From Dehalococcoidia bacterium (GTDB lineage: Bacteria; Chloroflexota; Dehalococcoidia; SZUA-161; SpSt-899): DNA of 64,000 bases. Shown piece after piece: positions 8,668-18,351 of this stretch. Position numbers and translations under genes: made by a program. The notes under the pieces were generated by a model that was given only the letters and a program-made list of their open reading frames with translations, made no database searches and had not been told where the DNA came from. Positions within the stretch are counted from its first letter, which is position 1. Each line of letters starts with the position of its first letter. The DNA lies in NCBI GenBank assembly GCA_034434815.1, contig DAOTYO010000005.1, positions 13,118 to 77,117 on the forward strand. Direction: 5' to 3'.

Positions 8668-9273
8668 ATGAAACTTCTGATCGCCACCAACAATAAGGGC
8701 AAAGCCCGGGAATTGAGCGCCCTTCTAGCCGCCCCCATATGGGAATGCACGACGCCGGCGGAGGAAGGCATCATCCTCGATCCCGAAGAGACGGGTAAGA
8801 CGTTCGAGGAAAACGCTGTCGCCAAGGCCAGAGCCTTCGCCAAAGCATCGGGGCTGATCACAGTTGCGGACGATTCCGGACTCGAAGTGGATGCCCTCAA
8901 CGGCGCCCCCGGCGTCTATTCCGCCCGTTATGCCGGACCCGAAGCGACCGATGCCCAGCGCAACGATTATCTTCTGGCCCGGCTCTCGGGAGTGCCATGG
9001 GAAAAGCGGCAGGCCCGTTTCCGATGCGTGATCGCCATCGCTTTCCCCGACGAGCGGCTCGTGCTTTGCAAAGGGGAATGCCCCGGTCTGATCGCCTTCG
9101 AGCCCAGAGGGGAAAACGGCTTCGGATATGACCCTATCTTCTATTTGCCCGAGCTCGGAAAGACAATGGCCGAACTCACCCCCGAAGAGAAAAGCCGGGT
9201 GAGCCACCGGGGCAAGGCGGCCCACAAAGCACGGGAGTTTTTGCAAAGCCTTTCGGAAGGGGTTAAGCCGTGA
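8668..9273 (+). CDS. rdgB: non-canonical purine NTP pyrophosphatase (RdgB/HAM1 family, dITP/XTP pyrophosphatase)
   Basis: ATNNKGKARE, DDSGLEVDALNGAPGVYSARYAG, FGYDPIF motifs. Confidence 0.85.
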   Translation: MKLLIATNNKGKARELSALLAAPIWECTTPAEEGIILDPEETGKTFEENAVAKARAFAKASGLITVADDSGLEVDALNGAPGVYSARYAGPEATDAQRNDYLLARLSGVPWEKRQARFRCVIAIAFPDERLVLCKGECPGLIAFEPRGENGFGYDPIFYLPELGKTMAELTPEEKSRVSHRGKAAHKAREFLQSLSEGVKP

Positions 9274-10253
9274 CGGGCATCGCCGATTCCTTCGATCGGC
9301 CGATCAACTATCTCCGCATCTCGGTCACCGACCGGTGTAACCTCCGATGCATCTACTGCATGCCGCCGGAAGGGATCGGTTGGCTTCCCCACGGCCATAT
9401 TCTCCGGTACGAAGAGATCCTCGTCATCGTCAAGGCCGCGGCGGAGCTCGGCATCACCAAGGTTCGGCTGACGGGCGGCGAGCCTTTGGTACGAGCCGAT
9501 CTCGGTAAGTTGGTGGGCATGATCGCACAGGTGAAGGGAATTGACGATATCTCTCTCACCACCAACGGAATGCTTCTGGCCCGATATGCCCGCGAGCTCA
9601 AGGAAGCCGGCCTTCGGCGGGTGAACGTGAGTCTGGATTCCCTCGATCCGGAGAACTTCCGCCGGATCACCCGCTATGGCGATCTCGGGGAAGTTCTGAA
9701 GGGTATGGAAGCCGCCCATGCAGCGGGGCTCGAACCTATCAAAATCAACATGGTGGCCATGCGATGGGTTAACGATCATGAGATCCTCGATTTCGCCCGC
9801 AAGACCCGTGATGAAGGATGGCATGTGCGCTTCATCGAGTTCATGCCCATGGGCGAACGACGCGATGAAGCCAGAGAGCGGTTCATCTCCATCGCCGAGA
9901 TCATGGAGCGGATAGAATCGCTGGGGAAGCTCGAGCCCCATCGGCTCGCGGGCAACGGACCCGCCAAATACTACCGTCTGCCCGGCGCCGGCGGCACCAT
10001 CGGTTTCATCGGACCGGTCAGCGAGCACTTTTGCTTTCAGTGCAATCGGCTGCGGCTCACAGCCGAGGGTAATCTGAGGCCCTGTTTGCTCTCGGACGAG
10101 GAAATCGACCTTCGAGAGCCCATCCGGCGAGGGGCATCGGCTGAAGAGATCAAACTTCTGATCGAGCGGGCGATCGCGGCCAAGCCGAAAGGCCATGGAC
10201 TCGCCATCGGGAAGACGCCGCACAACCGGAACATGTGTCAGATCGGGGGGTGA
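9270..10253 (+). CDS. moaA: GTP 3',8-cyclase MoaA (radical SAM)
   Basis: LRISVTDRCNLRCIYCMP radical-SAM CxxxCxxC cluster; C-terminal second cluster CFQCNRLRLTAEG. Confidence 0.9.
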   Translation: MTGIADSFDRPINYLRISVTDRCNLRCIYCMPPEGIGWLPHGHILRYEEILVIVKAAAELGITKVRLTGGEPLVRADLGKLVGMIAQVKGIDDISLTTNGMLLARYARELKEAGLRRVNVSLDSLDPENFRRITRYGDLGEVLKGMEAAHAAGLEPIKINMVAMRWVNDHEILDFARKTRDEGWHVRFIEFMPMGERRDEARERFISIAEIMERIESLGKLEPHRLAGNGPAKYYRLPGAGGTIGFIGPVSEHFCFQCNRLRLTAEGNLRPCLLSDEEIDLREPIRRGASAEEIKLLIERAIAAKPKGHGLAIGKTPHNRNMCQIGG

Positions 10254-10256
10254 GCG

Positions 10257-11192
10257 ATGATCGAGATCTATGCCGATGGCGCCTGTTCGGGAAATCCGGG
10301 ACCGGGCGGCTGGGGGGCAGTCATCATTCGAGGGGGAGGTAATCGGGAAGAGATCAAGGGCAGTGTGGAGAGCACCACCAACAACCGGATGGAGATGACG
10401 GCGGTGATCGAGGGGCTCAAGCGGACCGCCGAAGGCTCGGATGTGACCATCCGGAGCGATAGCCAGTATCTGATCTCCACCATGACCCGCGGGTGGAAAC
10501 GGAGCGCCAACCTCGATCTTTGGCACACCCTCGATGATCTCACCGCCAAGCGCAAGGTACACTGGGTCTGGGTGAAGGGGCACGATGGCCACCCCGAGAA
10601 CGAAAGGGCCCATCGGCTCGCCGTGGAGGCGGCCTCGGAAGTCACTCCCCAGCCCACCCATTTCGACACTTCCGGCAAGATACGCATGGTGGACGTCTCC
10701 GAGAAACCGATCACGGAACGGTCCGCCACCGCCAGAGGGTCGGTGAGGATGCAACCGGCAACCCTCGAACTCATCGAGAAGGGTGAAGCGGCCAAAGGGG
10801 ATGTGCTGGCCATCGCCCAGACGGCGGGCATCATGGCGGCCAAGAAAACCCCCGAACTGATCCCGCTGTGCCACCCCTTGCGTATCACCCATATTTCCGT
10901 GGGGTTCGCCCTTCACAAAGAGACCGGAACGATCGAGATCACGGCCACCGTCAAAGCCGATGAGAAGACCGGCGTGGAAATGGAGGCGCTCACCGCGGTG
11001 GCGGTGAGCGCCCTCACGATCTACGATATGTGCAAGGCCGTGGATCGGGGAATGCGGATCGAGAACATCCGGCTGATCCGCAAGAGCGGCGGCCGGAGCG
11101 GTACCATCGAGTTGGAGGATTTGCCGGAAGATGCCCCCGCCCCCTCAGAGGCAACCGGCGCCCGGAACCTCTCCGCTTCCCCGGAGGAATAG
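10257..11192 (+). CDS. moaC: fusion protein: N-terminal RNase HI domain + C-terminal cyclic pyranopterin monophosphate synthase MoaC
   Basis: Residues 1-130 carry the RNase HI DEDD-type motifs (YADGAC, NNRMEM, IRSDSQY, KGHDGHPENE). Residues ~150-305 are canonical MoaC (LIPLCHPL, TGVEMEALTAVAVSALTIYDMCKAVD). One continuous ORF after a GGGGGGTGAG RBS. Confidence 0.75.
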   Translation: MIEIYADGACSGNPGPGGWGAVIIRGGGNREEIKGSVESTTNNRMEMTAVIEGLKRTAEGSDVTIRSDSQYLISTMTRGWKRSANLDLWHTLDDLTAKRKVHWVWVKGHDGHPENERAHRLAVEAASEVTPQPTHFDTSGKIRMVDVSEKPITERSATARGSVRMQPATLELIEKGEAAKGDVLAIAQTAGIMAAKKTPELIPLCHPLRITHISVGFALHKETGTIEITATVKADEKTGVEMEALTAVAVSALTIYDMCKAVDRGMRIENIRLIRKSGGRSGTIELEDLPEDAPAPSEATGARNLSASPEE

Positions 11193-11286
11193 GGAACTCT
11201 CTTCACGGAAGAACCCCCTTTCCTCTCAACGGAAGAGAGCGCGGGTTATAAGGATAACAATCGTACACCGAAATGGAGGAAACCAA

Positions 11287-11598
11287 ATGAGCGCAGAGAT
11301 CGAATTGAACGAGGCCAATTTCGATGCGGAGACCGCCAAAGGCACCGTTCTCGTGGACTTCTGGGCGCCATGGTGCGGGCCCTGCCGGTCACAGGGGCCC
11401 ATCATCGAGAAGGTTGCCGAGAAAGCGGCCGGCAAGGCCAAGGTGGGAAAGTGCAACGTAGATGAAAACAAAAATGTGGCCAGCCGCTTCGGCATTCGCG
11501 CCATTCCTACGCTCATCATCTTTAAGGATGGCAAAGAGGTCGAGCGGATGATGGGATTGCAACAGGAAAGCACGTTGCTCAAGAAGCTCGGCGCGTAA
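11287..11598 (+). CDS. trxA: thioredoxin
   Basis: WAPWCGPCR active site; 103 aa; GGAGG RBS; the track ORF begins upstream at 11131. Confidence 0.85.
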   Translation: MSAEIELNEANFDAETAKGTVLVDFWAPWCGPCRSQGPIIEKVAEKAAGKAKVGKCNVDENKNVASRFGIRAIPTLIIFKDGKEVERMMGLQQESTLLKKLGA

Positions 11599-11682
11599 TG
11601 GCCGTCACCCATCCGGTCCATGCTTCCACCTTCTCTCAATCCTCCCACATTTTCCTTCTGGATTCCCAAAGGGACGAATGGA

Positions 11683-11899
11683 GAAAAGAGTGCACAAGAC
11701 ACCTCTCTCTCGGGGGATTGAGGGTGTCCCCCAAGAAAACCCTTTGGGCGGGTGGGTGGAATCGGAGAAGCCGGATCGCTCGTGGGGCGTGCGGGGGAAT
11801 TCCGGTACAAAGTCCGGATGAGGCGTCAACGGTTATTCACCCGAGGGTAAAGGCTGCAAAGCTGAATCGCTCTTTTTGGCGATTTCTTGTTCCTTGACA
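11683..11899 (+). repeat. copy B of interspersed element (5-prime end diverged)
   Basis: Shares the core CTCTCGGGGGATTGAGGGTGTCCCCCAAGAAAACCCTTTGGGCGGGTGGGTGG...GAATTCCGG...GCTGAATCGCT; ends in TTGACA 58 bp upstream of livG. Confidence 0.75.
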
Positions 11900-11956
11900 T
11901 GAGGGCCAAATTATGTTTGGATAAGTCCAACGTAATCGGTTGGGGGTTGCGGGTAC

Positions 11957-12724
11957 ATGGAGAAGCCTACGATTCTGAAAGTGGAGGATCTGTACCTCAC
12001 GTTCGGCGGAGTATCCGCTCTGGTCGGCGTCAGCTTCGAAGTCAAGGCGGGCGAGATCCTTTCGATCATCGGGCCCAACGGTGCGGGCAAGACTTCCGTC
12101 CTCAATTGTATCAATGGTTTCTACAAACCCGAGCGGGGTGAAATCACCTTCGAAGGCAAGCGAATCACGCGAATGCGTCCCGATAAGATCGCCCGGATGG
12201 GCATCAGCCGGACCTTCCAGAACATTCAGCTTTATACCGGCCTCAGCACCGTGGATAATTTGATGGCCGCCCGGCATTTTCACTTCAAGACAAACTTCCT
12301 CGAATCGGCGCTCTATTTCGGCAGAGGGCACCGGGAGGAAATCCGGCACCGCCGCATGGTCGAGGAAACCGTCGAGTTCCTCGAAATGCAGCCCTACCGC
12401 AATACTATCGTCGGCTCTCTCTCCTACGGCCTGCGCAAGCGGATAGACCTGGGCAGGGCGTTGGCTCAGGAACCCAAGCTCCTCCTCCTCGACGAACCGA
12501 TGGCCGGCATGACTCTGGAAGAAAAAGAGGATATGGCGCGCTTCATTCTCGATGTGCAAGAGGAAAGGCACATGGCCATCGTGCTCATCGAGCATGATAT
12601 GAGTGTGGTGATGGATATCACAGATCGAATCGTGGTGCTCGATTTCGGCCGAAAGATCGCCGAAGGCGTCCCCGCCGAGATCAAGCAAAACCCGCTGGTC
12701 ATCAAGGCCTATCTGGGCGAATAA
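11957..12724 (+). CDS. livG: ABC transporter ATP-binding protein, LivG-type (branched-chain amino acid)
   Basis: Walker A GPNGAGKTS, LSYGLRKRIDLGRAL signature region, LLLDEPMAGM Walker B; 255 aa. Confidence 0.8.
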   Translation: MEKPTILKVEDLYLTFGGVSALVGVSFEVKAGEILSIIGPNGAGKTSVLNCINGFYKPERGEITFEGKRITRMRPDKIARMGISRTFQNIQLYTGLSTVDNLMAARHFHFKTNFLESALYFGRGHREEIRHRRMVEETVEFLEMQPYRNTIVGSLSYGLRKRIDLGRALAQEPKLLLLDEPMAGMTLEEKEDMARFILDVQEERHMAIVLIEHDMSVVMDITDRIVVLDFGRKIAEGVPAEIKQNPLVIKAYLGE

Positions 12725-12779
12725 CCCCACCCCCAGTGATTCATCGAGGGGGGAACAATTCTCCTCCGGAGGTTGGTGG

Positions 12780-13580
12780 ATGGCACTGTTGCAGATGGAA
12801 AATGTCGAGGTGAAATATAGCGGCGTGATCCTCGTCTTGAAGGGCATTTCGCTCGAGGTCAACGATGGGGCACTGGTGGCGCTTCTGGGCAACAACGGTG
12901 CCGGCAAGACCACCACACTCAGAGCGATCTCCGGGCTTCTCAAAACGGAAGACGGCCGGGTCACGAACGGGAAGATCGAATACAAGGGCAAGAGAATCGA
13001 GAATGGTGACCCTGAAGATATCGCCAAAATGGGCATTATCCAAGTGCTGGAGGGGCGGAAAATTCTGGCTCACCTCACCGTCGAGGAGAACCTCCGCGCC
13101 GGAGCGTACGTGGTGGGCCGCCGGGCCAATCTCAAGAAAGACCTTGAAATGGTATACGAGTACTTTCCGAAACTGAAGTTCCTCCGGAACCAAACCAGCG
13201 GGTATCTCTCGGGCGGGGAGCAGCAAATGCTGGTCGTAGGGCGAGCCCTCATGGCGCACCCCACACTGGTGATGATCGATGAGGCATCTCTGGGGCTGGC
13301 CCCTCTGCTTCAAAAGGAAATCTACTCCATCATCTACCGGATCAATGCCGAGGAGAAAGTTTCCATCCTGCTCGTAGAACAAAACGCCAAAGCCGCGCTG
13401 GCGATCTCGGACTATGCTTATGTGCTCGATAACGGCAGCATCGTTCTCAGCGGGCCATCGGCGCAGCTTGCGGAGAACGCCGATGTCAAGGAATTCTATC
13501 TCGGGCTGGGTTCCTCAGGCGAGGCGAGGAGCTACCGGCAGGTAAAACACTACCATCGCAAGCGGCGGCTTCTGGTCTAA
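12780..13580 (+). CDS. livF: ABC transporter ATP-binding protein, LivF-type
   Basis: Walker A GNNGAGKTT, LSGGEQQML signature, VMIDEASLGLAP Walker B. Confidence 0.8.
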   Translation: MALLQMENVEVKYSGVILVLKGISLEVNDGALVALLGNNGAGKTTTLRAISGLLKTEDGRVTNGKIEYKGKRIENGDPEDIAKMGIIQVLEGRKILAHLTVEENLRAGAYVVGRRANLKKDLEMVYEYFPKLKFLRNQTSGYLSGGEQQMLVVGRALMAHPTLVMIDEASLGLAPLLQKEIYSIIYRINAEEKVSILLVEQNAKAALAISDYAYVLDNGSIVLSGPSAQLAENADVKEFYLGLGSSGEARSYRQVKHYHRKRRLLV

Positions 13581-14932
13581 GCGCCCTGTACTTCCTCGAC
13601 CGATTCATCCAAGATCGTGCCAATCCGGTCCACCCAATCGAGATGTTCCGGCTTCATGAGGCACGAGCGTAGGCATGTCACATGGGGGGCATCCCACTCG
13701 ATATCGGGCCACCATCTCTTGAGGAGATCGGACGGCAGATTGGCCATGGCCAAATGAAGACCCCTTTCCGCCGCTGCCCCAAACACCCTCTTTGAACGCC
13801 GCGAGACTTCCCCAGCGCTTTCCGCGCGCGGCGCCCAGACCACGATATCCAGCTCGGGCGGCAGCGCCGTCATGAACCGAGGATTCGACTGAAGTCCGCC
13901 GAACAGCGCCTGAGCCGCCTTCCGGCATTTTTCCAGACCGCGGGCAAACTCGCCCCCCGGCACAAGGGGCAAAAGCCTCTCGGTAGCCCAGAGCGCCACC
14001 GCCGCCGCGCCCGCCCGCGAGCATTCCAGACTGATCTCGCCCAGATGAAGATCGTAGGAGGTGAAATAGGTATAAGGGGAATCGTGCTTGTAGAAACGGC
14101 CCACGGAAGGGTCCCTGAACAGAATACACCCGCATCCATACGGCTGAAGTCCGTGCTTGTGGGGATCAATGGCGATGGAATCCACCTCACCGAGATGCTC
14201 GAAGGCGCGCCGCGTCTCCGGTTCGAGCGTTTCCACCAGAACGTAGTACCCCCCGTAAGCCGCATCCGCATGAAGACGGAAGCCGTAAGCTTTCCGGAGT
14301 TCAAGGATCTCGGCCAGAGGATCCACCGAACCGGTGGCCGTGGTGCCGATGGTGGCCACGACGGTGCCGATATCCCCCTTCCGGAGCAACCGCTCGAGGG
14401 CATCGAGATCCATCCGCGCCCGCCGATCCGTGGGGACAGCTTCGAAGGGAAGTTGAAGCACTTCGGAGATGCGCCGATGGGTATAGTGGGCCTGCTCCGA
14501 GGCGACGATCTTCTTGCCGGGGGCAAGCCGTCCCGATACCCACAGCGCTTCAAGATTGGCCATCGTGCCGCCGCCGCAAAGGTGCCCGAGGTGCCTTTCC
14601 CAACCGAACATCCGGGCGATCCCGGCGACCGCCTCCTTTTCCATATCCGAGCTCGCCCGACCGCCATCGTGGGCGTGATTATTGGGATTGATCCACAGGG
14701 AGAGGGCATAGGCCAGCCGGGCGATCGGGTGAGGGGGCTTGAGCATCTGGCCGGCATAGAGGGGATGGAAGTAGGGATAATTATCCTTCATCCGCTCGGC
14801 CGTCTCGAGCAAGACCTTCCGAATCGCCGGAAGGTCCGGATGAGCATCGGCATCGGGTAGCCCTTCGAATGCGGTTTCCAACCGATCCAGTGCCTCCTTC
14901 AGCAGAGGGAGGGTTCGGGTTTCCAGTCTCAT
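13577..14932 (-). CDS. PLP-dependent group II decarboxylase (glutamate/tyrosine/diaminobutyrate decarboxylase family)
   Basis: DPHKHGLQPYGCGCILFRD PLP-lysine motif; 451 aa; converges on livF with a 4-nt overlap. Confidence 0.75.
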   Translation of the reverse strand: MRLETRTLPLLKEALDRLETAFEGLPDADAHPDLPAIRKVLLETAERMKDNYPYFHPLYAGQMLKPPHPIARLAYALSLWINPNNHAHDGGRASSDMEKEAVAGIARMFGWERHLGHLCGGGTMANLEALWVSGRLAPGKKIVASEQAHYTHRRISEVLQLPFEAVPTDRRARMDLDALERLLRKGDIGTVVATIGTTATGSVDPLAEILELRKAYGFRLHADAAYGGYYVLVETLEPETRRAFEHLGEVDSIAIDPHKHGLQPYGCGCILFRDPSVGRFYKHDSPYTYFTSYDLHLGEISLECSRAGAAAVALWATERLLPLVPGGEFARGLEKCRKAAQALFGGLQSNPRFMTALPPELDIVVWAPRAESAGEVSRRSKRVFGAAAERGLHLAMANLPSDLLKRWWPDIEWDAPHVTCLRSCLMKPEHLDWVDRIGTILDESVEEVQGA

Positions 14933-14974
14933 ATCTTTTCCCTTTCACCGGCAAGAGCACACAACGGTTTCCCC

Positions 14975-17155
14975 TCACACTCCCAGATCCCTGGGATCAA
15001 CCTTTACGGGCGCCCCCGTCCGCAGTGATTCCTCGATGGCAAAGGTCGCCAGAGCCGTATAGATGGTCTCCTCTATGCTCACCGGACTCGGCTCACCTTT
15101 TTGGATTGCCTTGAAGAAGGCGGCAAACTCGTTGTGATGGCCGATATCCCGGTTGAGCTTCCAAACCTTCTTCGTTCTGGTCTTCCTCTTCTCGATCACC
15201 AGCGACCGGAAGTTCTCGATGGTGCATTCTGCCCCGCCGCCGAAAACCTCGAGCCTCTCCCGGTTGAAGCTCACCCCCCCGCTCGCCACCCATATGAGCG
15301 AGGCCGTCGAGCCGTTTCGAAAGGTGAGGGTGACTGTCAAGTTCTCGTTCCGAGAGTAGTTCCCTGCGTTCGGTAGAACGCAGGCATACACCGAGGCCGG
15401 AAGCGAGCCAGTGAGGAATTGGGCCAAGTCAATGAGGAGTCCCCAATCCCCCCGCACGATCCCGCCGCCTTCGTTCGGGTCGATGAGATAGGCCTCTTTG
15501 GCGAACGGGGCGGTATCGATGAGATATCGCACAATGAGCGGCTCGCCGATCCCCTTCAAGAACTCTCTCGTCTTGACCGCCAACGAGGAGAACCGCCGGT
15601 TGTAGCCCACCATCAGCCGCTGAGGCTTCTCCTTCAAGACGGAGACAATCTCCTTGAGTTCGGAAGGGGCAAGGCAGAGGGGTTTCTCTACAAAGACGTC
15701 TTTCCCGTGGCGGAGCGCCTCAAGCACGATCTCGGCATGGAGTCTAGGGCGCGTAGCGATGAGAACGCAATCAATTCCCGGGTCTTCGAGGATTTCACGA
15801 TAATCGGTGGTGCAGTATTCGAACCCGAACTTCCCCCCGACATGTTTGCCGCTCGGGCCGGTGGCGGTGGCCACGCCCTTCAAGTTGATGGACGGCATTT
15901 TGCGAATGTTGGGCAAGAGCGTAGTGGCGGCAAAGGTTCCCGCCCCGATGAGCCCCACATTCACCTTGTCTTTGCCCGGCTTGCGTGCACCCGCAAGCTG
16001 AATCCGCGTTGCGAGCGGCCCCGATGCCTCCGTATCGTAGCCGATGAGAACGCCGATATGGTTGCCCGATCTATCCTCCGCGATGGCCGTGTACGCGGTC
16101 AGGGCATCGCCGATCTTGAACCTATCGGTCACCAGTGGCCCAACCTTGAGCTTGCCGCTCTGCATGAGTTCAAGGACTTGCTCCATGTTGCGGCGCTCGG
16201 TCCATCGCACATAAGCATACGGGTAATCGATCCCCAGAAGCTCGAAATCGCTATCGGAAAAGCCGGGCCCCCACGCGCGGGGCACGACAAGGCTCAGTTC
16301 CTTTTGATAGAAGGTCTCTCTGGGAACGCTGAGCCCCACGAGCCCGGGGACAACCACTTTCCCCTTTTCGCGGCAAATCTCGGCGGCGGTCTCAAGGGGT
16401 TGATTGCTCGGCGTGCTCGCGAAGATGAGCACCGCATCGAATCCCCAACCGCCCGTGAAACGAATGGCCCGGTTCATATCGTCATCCGAACCGATCACCG
16501 CTCCATCATCCGCGCCGAGTTCCTTGGAAAGCGAGACCTTCGCCGGATTGATATCCATCCCGAACACCCGATACCCGGAGGCCTTGGCGATCTGAACGGC
16601 GAGTTGTCCGAGCAATCCGAGCCCGATGATGGCCAAATTCTCCCCAAGGGCGAGTTCACAGAGCCGGACGGAATGAAGGGCGATGGCCCCCACCGTAGCG
16701 AACGCCCCGCTCTCGAAATCCACATTCTCCGGGAGTTTGGCGCAGAGGTTTTCGGGAACGAAGATGACCTCGGCATGGGAGGCGAATCCGCCCCGGCTGC
16801 AAGCTACGCGGTCGCCGACTTTGAAGTCCCCCACTCCCGCGCCGACCCCTATCACAATCCCGGCAGAGCTATAGCCGAGCGGGATCTCCTTATCGAGCCG
16901 GTTCATCACTTGCCGGTAGGCCTCCAAAAGTCCGCCGCTCTTGGCAAGTTGAATCACCTTGTTGGCCAGATCGGGCCGGGCGCGGGCCTTGCCCAAGATG
17001 GACTTCTTCGCAAACTCGGTAGTCGATTTCTCCGTGCCGATGCTCACCAACGAATTCACGTTCCTTACGAGCACCCCTCCGGGCCTCAGTGCGGGAACGG
17101 GGACCTCGATGAGGTCGAGCTTCCCGGTCTTGAAATTCTGGACGAGTTGCTTCAT
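14975..17155 (-). CDS. bi-domain oxidoreductase (N-terminal MDR/zinc-type alcohol dehydrogenase-like + C-terminal Gfo/Idh/MocA NAD-binding domain)
   Basis: 726 aa; GroES-like/Rossmann GLGLLGQLAVQIAK in the N-terminal half, then NVGLIGAGTFAATT..HAEIVLEALRHGKDVFVEKP typical of Gfo/Idh/MocA; sits in a sugar-nucleotide gene cluster. Confidence 0.7.
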   Translation of the reverse strand: MKQLVQNFKTGKLDLIEVPVPALRPGGVLVRNVNSLVSIGTEKSTTEFAKKSILGKARARPDLANKVIQLAKSGGLLEAYRQVMNRLDKEIPLGYSSAGIVIGVGAGVGDFKVGDRVACSRGGFASHAEVIFVPENLCAKLPENVDFESGAFATVGAIALHSVRLCELALGENLAIIGLGLLGQLAVQIAKASGYRVFGMDINPAKVSLSKELGADDGAVIGSDDDMNRAIRFTGGWGFDAVLIFASTPSNQPLETAAEICREKGKVVVPGLVGLSVPRETFYQKELSLVVPRAWGPGFSDSDFELLGIDYPYAYVRWTERRNMEQVLELMQSGKLKVGPLVTDRFKIGDALTAYTAIAEDRSGNHIGVLIGYDTEASGPLATRIQLAGARKPGKDKVNVGLIGAGTFAATTLLPNIRKMPSINLKGVATATGPSGKHVGGKFGFEYCTTDYREILEDPGIDCVLIATRPRLHAEIVLEALRHGKDVFVEKPLCLAPSELKEIVSVLKEKPQRLMVGYNRRFSSLAVKTREFLKGIGEPLIVRYLIDTAPFAKEAYLIDPNEGGGIVRGDWGLLIDLAQFLTGSLPASVYACVLPNAGNYSRNENLTVTLTFRNGSTASLIWVASGGVSFNRERLEVFGGGAECTIENFRSLVIEKRKTRTKKVWKLNRDIGHHNEFAAFFKAIQKGEPSPVSIEETIYTALATFAIEESLRTGAPVKVDPRDLGV

Positions 17156-17158
17156 AGG

Positions 17159-18292
17159 CTACCCCAAAACGGATTCCACCACATCAATGATCTTGCGGCT
17201 CGGCTCCTCGCCGAAGGGGTTCTCCCAATTGCGCGGCCGCTCGATCATCATCTCCGCGCCTCTTTGGATCGCTTCCGGTTCGATCCCCGCCACGTGATTG
17301 GCCCCCACCGCCACCGTCTCCGGGCGCTCGGTACTCTTCCGCAACGTCACGCACGGCACCCGCAGAATACAGCTCTCCTCCTGAATACCGCCGCTATCGG
17401 TGAGGACAAGTTTGGCATGACCGAGGAGCATCAGGAAATCAAGGTATCCGAGCGGCTTGATCAGACGCAAGCCCCTGACGGCATCCGCAAAGGAACGGAG
17501 TTTGAAGTGCTCGAGGTTCTTCACGGTGCGGGGATGAGCGGGAAAGATGATGGGGATGCCGAACCGTTCGGATACAAGCTTGATTCCGCTCAGGATGGCC
17601 TCCAGATTTTCCTTGAAATCCACGCTTTCCTCGCGATGAATGGTGAGGAGAAAATATCCCTCCGCCTCGAGGCCCAGATCGGCGAGAATCCGGCTGCGGG
17701 ATCGGGCCAGAGCGATGTTCTGGGTAACCGCATCCACGATCGTGTTGCCGGTGACGAATATCCGGCCTTTGACGTTATCCCGGATGAGATTCTGTTTGGT
17801 TTCCTCCGTGGGGGCAAAGAGAAGCTCGGAGATATGGTCGATCATCACCCGATTGTGCTCTTCGGGCATGCGCCAATCATCGCTTCTGAGGCCCGCCTCC
17901 ACATGTCCGACCATGATATGGAGTTTCCTTGCCGCAAGCGCCCCCGCGAGATTCGTATTGGCATCGCCGCAAACGAGAACGATCCGGGGTTTCTCCTTGA
18001 GGAGAGCTTGCTCGGATTCGGCGAGCATCATCGCCGTTTGAGCGCCGTGATATTTGCTCTTCGCCACATCGTGAAACTTGTATTTCGGCTCGGGAAGATC
18101 GAGCTCATCGAAGAAGATCTTGTCCATCTCGTAGGAGTAATGCTGACCCGTATGGATGGTGAAGAAGTCCCGCCCCCGCCTCTGGAGCTCCCGCATGAGC
18201 GGGGAGAACTTGATGATCCCGGGCCGCGTGCCCACGAAGAGGCCCACCTTCTTCTGGAGTTCACTCCCCCTGAGAACCTTGAGTTCGGTCAT
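17159..18292 (-). CDS. wecB: UDP-N-acetylglucosamine 2-epimerase (non-hydrolysing)
   Basis: 377 aa; conserved blocks HVEAGLRS, TGNTIVDA, LVLTDSGGIQEE. Confidence 0.85.
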   Translation of the reverse strand: MTELKVLRGSELQKKVGLFVGTRPGIIKFSPLMRELQRRGRDFFTIHTGQHYSYEMDKIFFDELDLPEPKYKFHDVAKSKYHGAQTAMMLAESEQALLKEKPRIVLVCGDANTNLAGALAARKLHIMVGHVEAGLRSDDWRMPEEHNRVMIDHISELLFAPTEETKQNLIRDNVKGRIFVTGNTIVDAVTQNIALARSRSRILADLGLEAEGYFLLTIHREESVDFKENLEAILSGIKLVSERFGIPIIFPAHPRTVKNLEHFKLRSFADAVRGLRLIKPLGYLDFLMLLGHAKLVLTDSGGIQEESCILRVPCVTLRKSTERPETVAVGANHVAGIEPEAIQRGAEMMIERPRNWENPFGEEPSRKIIDVVESVLG

Positions 18293-18351
18293 ATGATCCC
18301 TGAATTATTTTTCAAATCCCCGCACCCTTTTGGAAAGGGATCAGAGTTTCT

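Noticed and set aside
9141-10916. 591-aa minus-strand ORF antisense to moaA and rnhA-moaC
   Set aside because: The plus-strand genes have canonical radical-SAM, RNase H and MoaC motifs; the antisense ORF is low-complexity Gly/Arg/Pro-rich.
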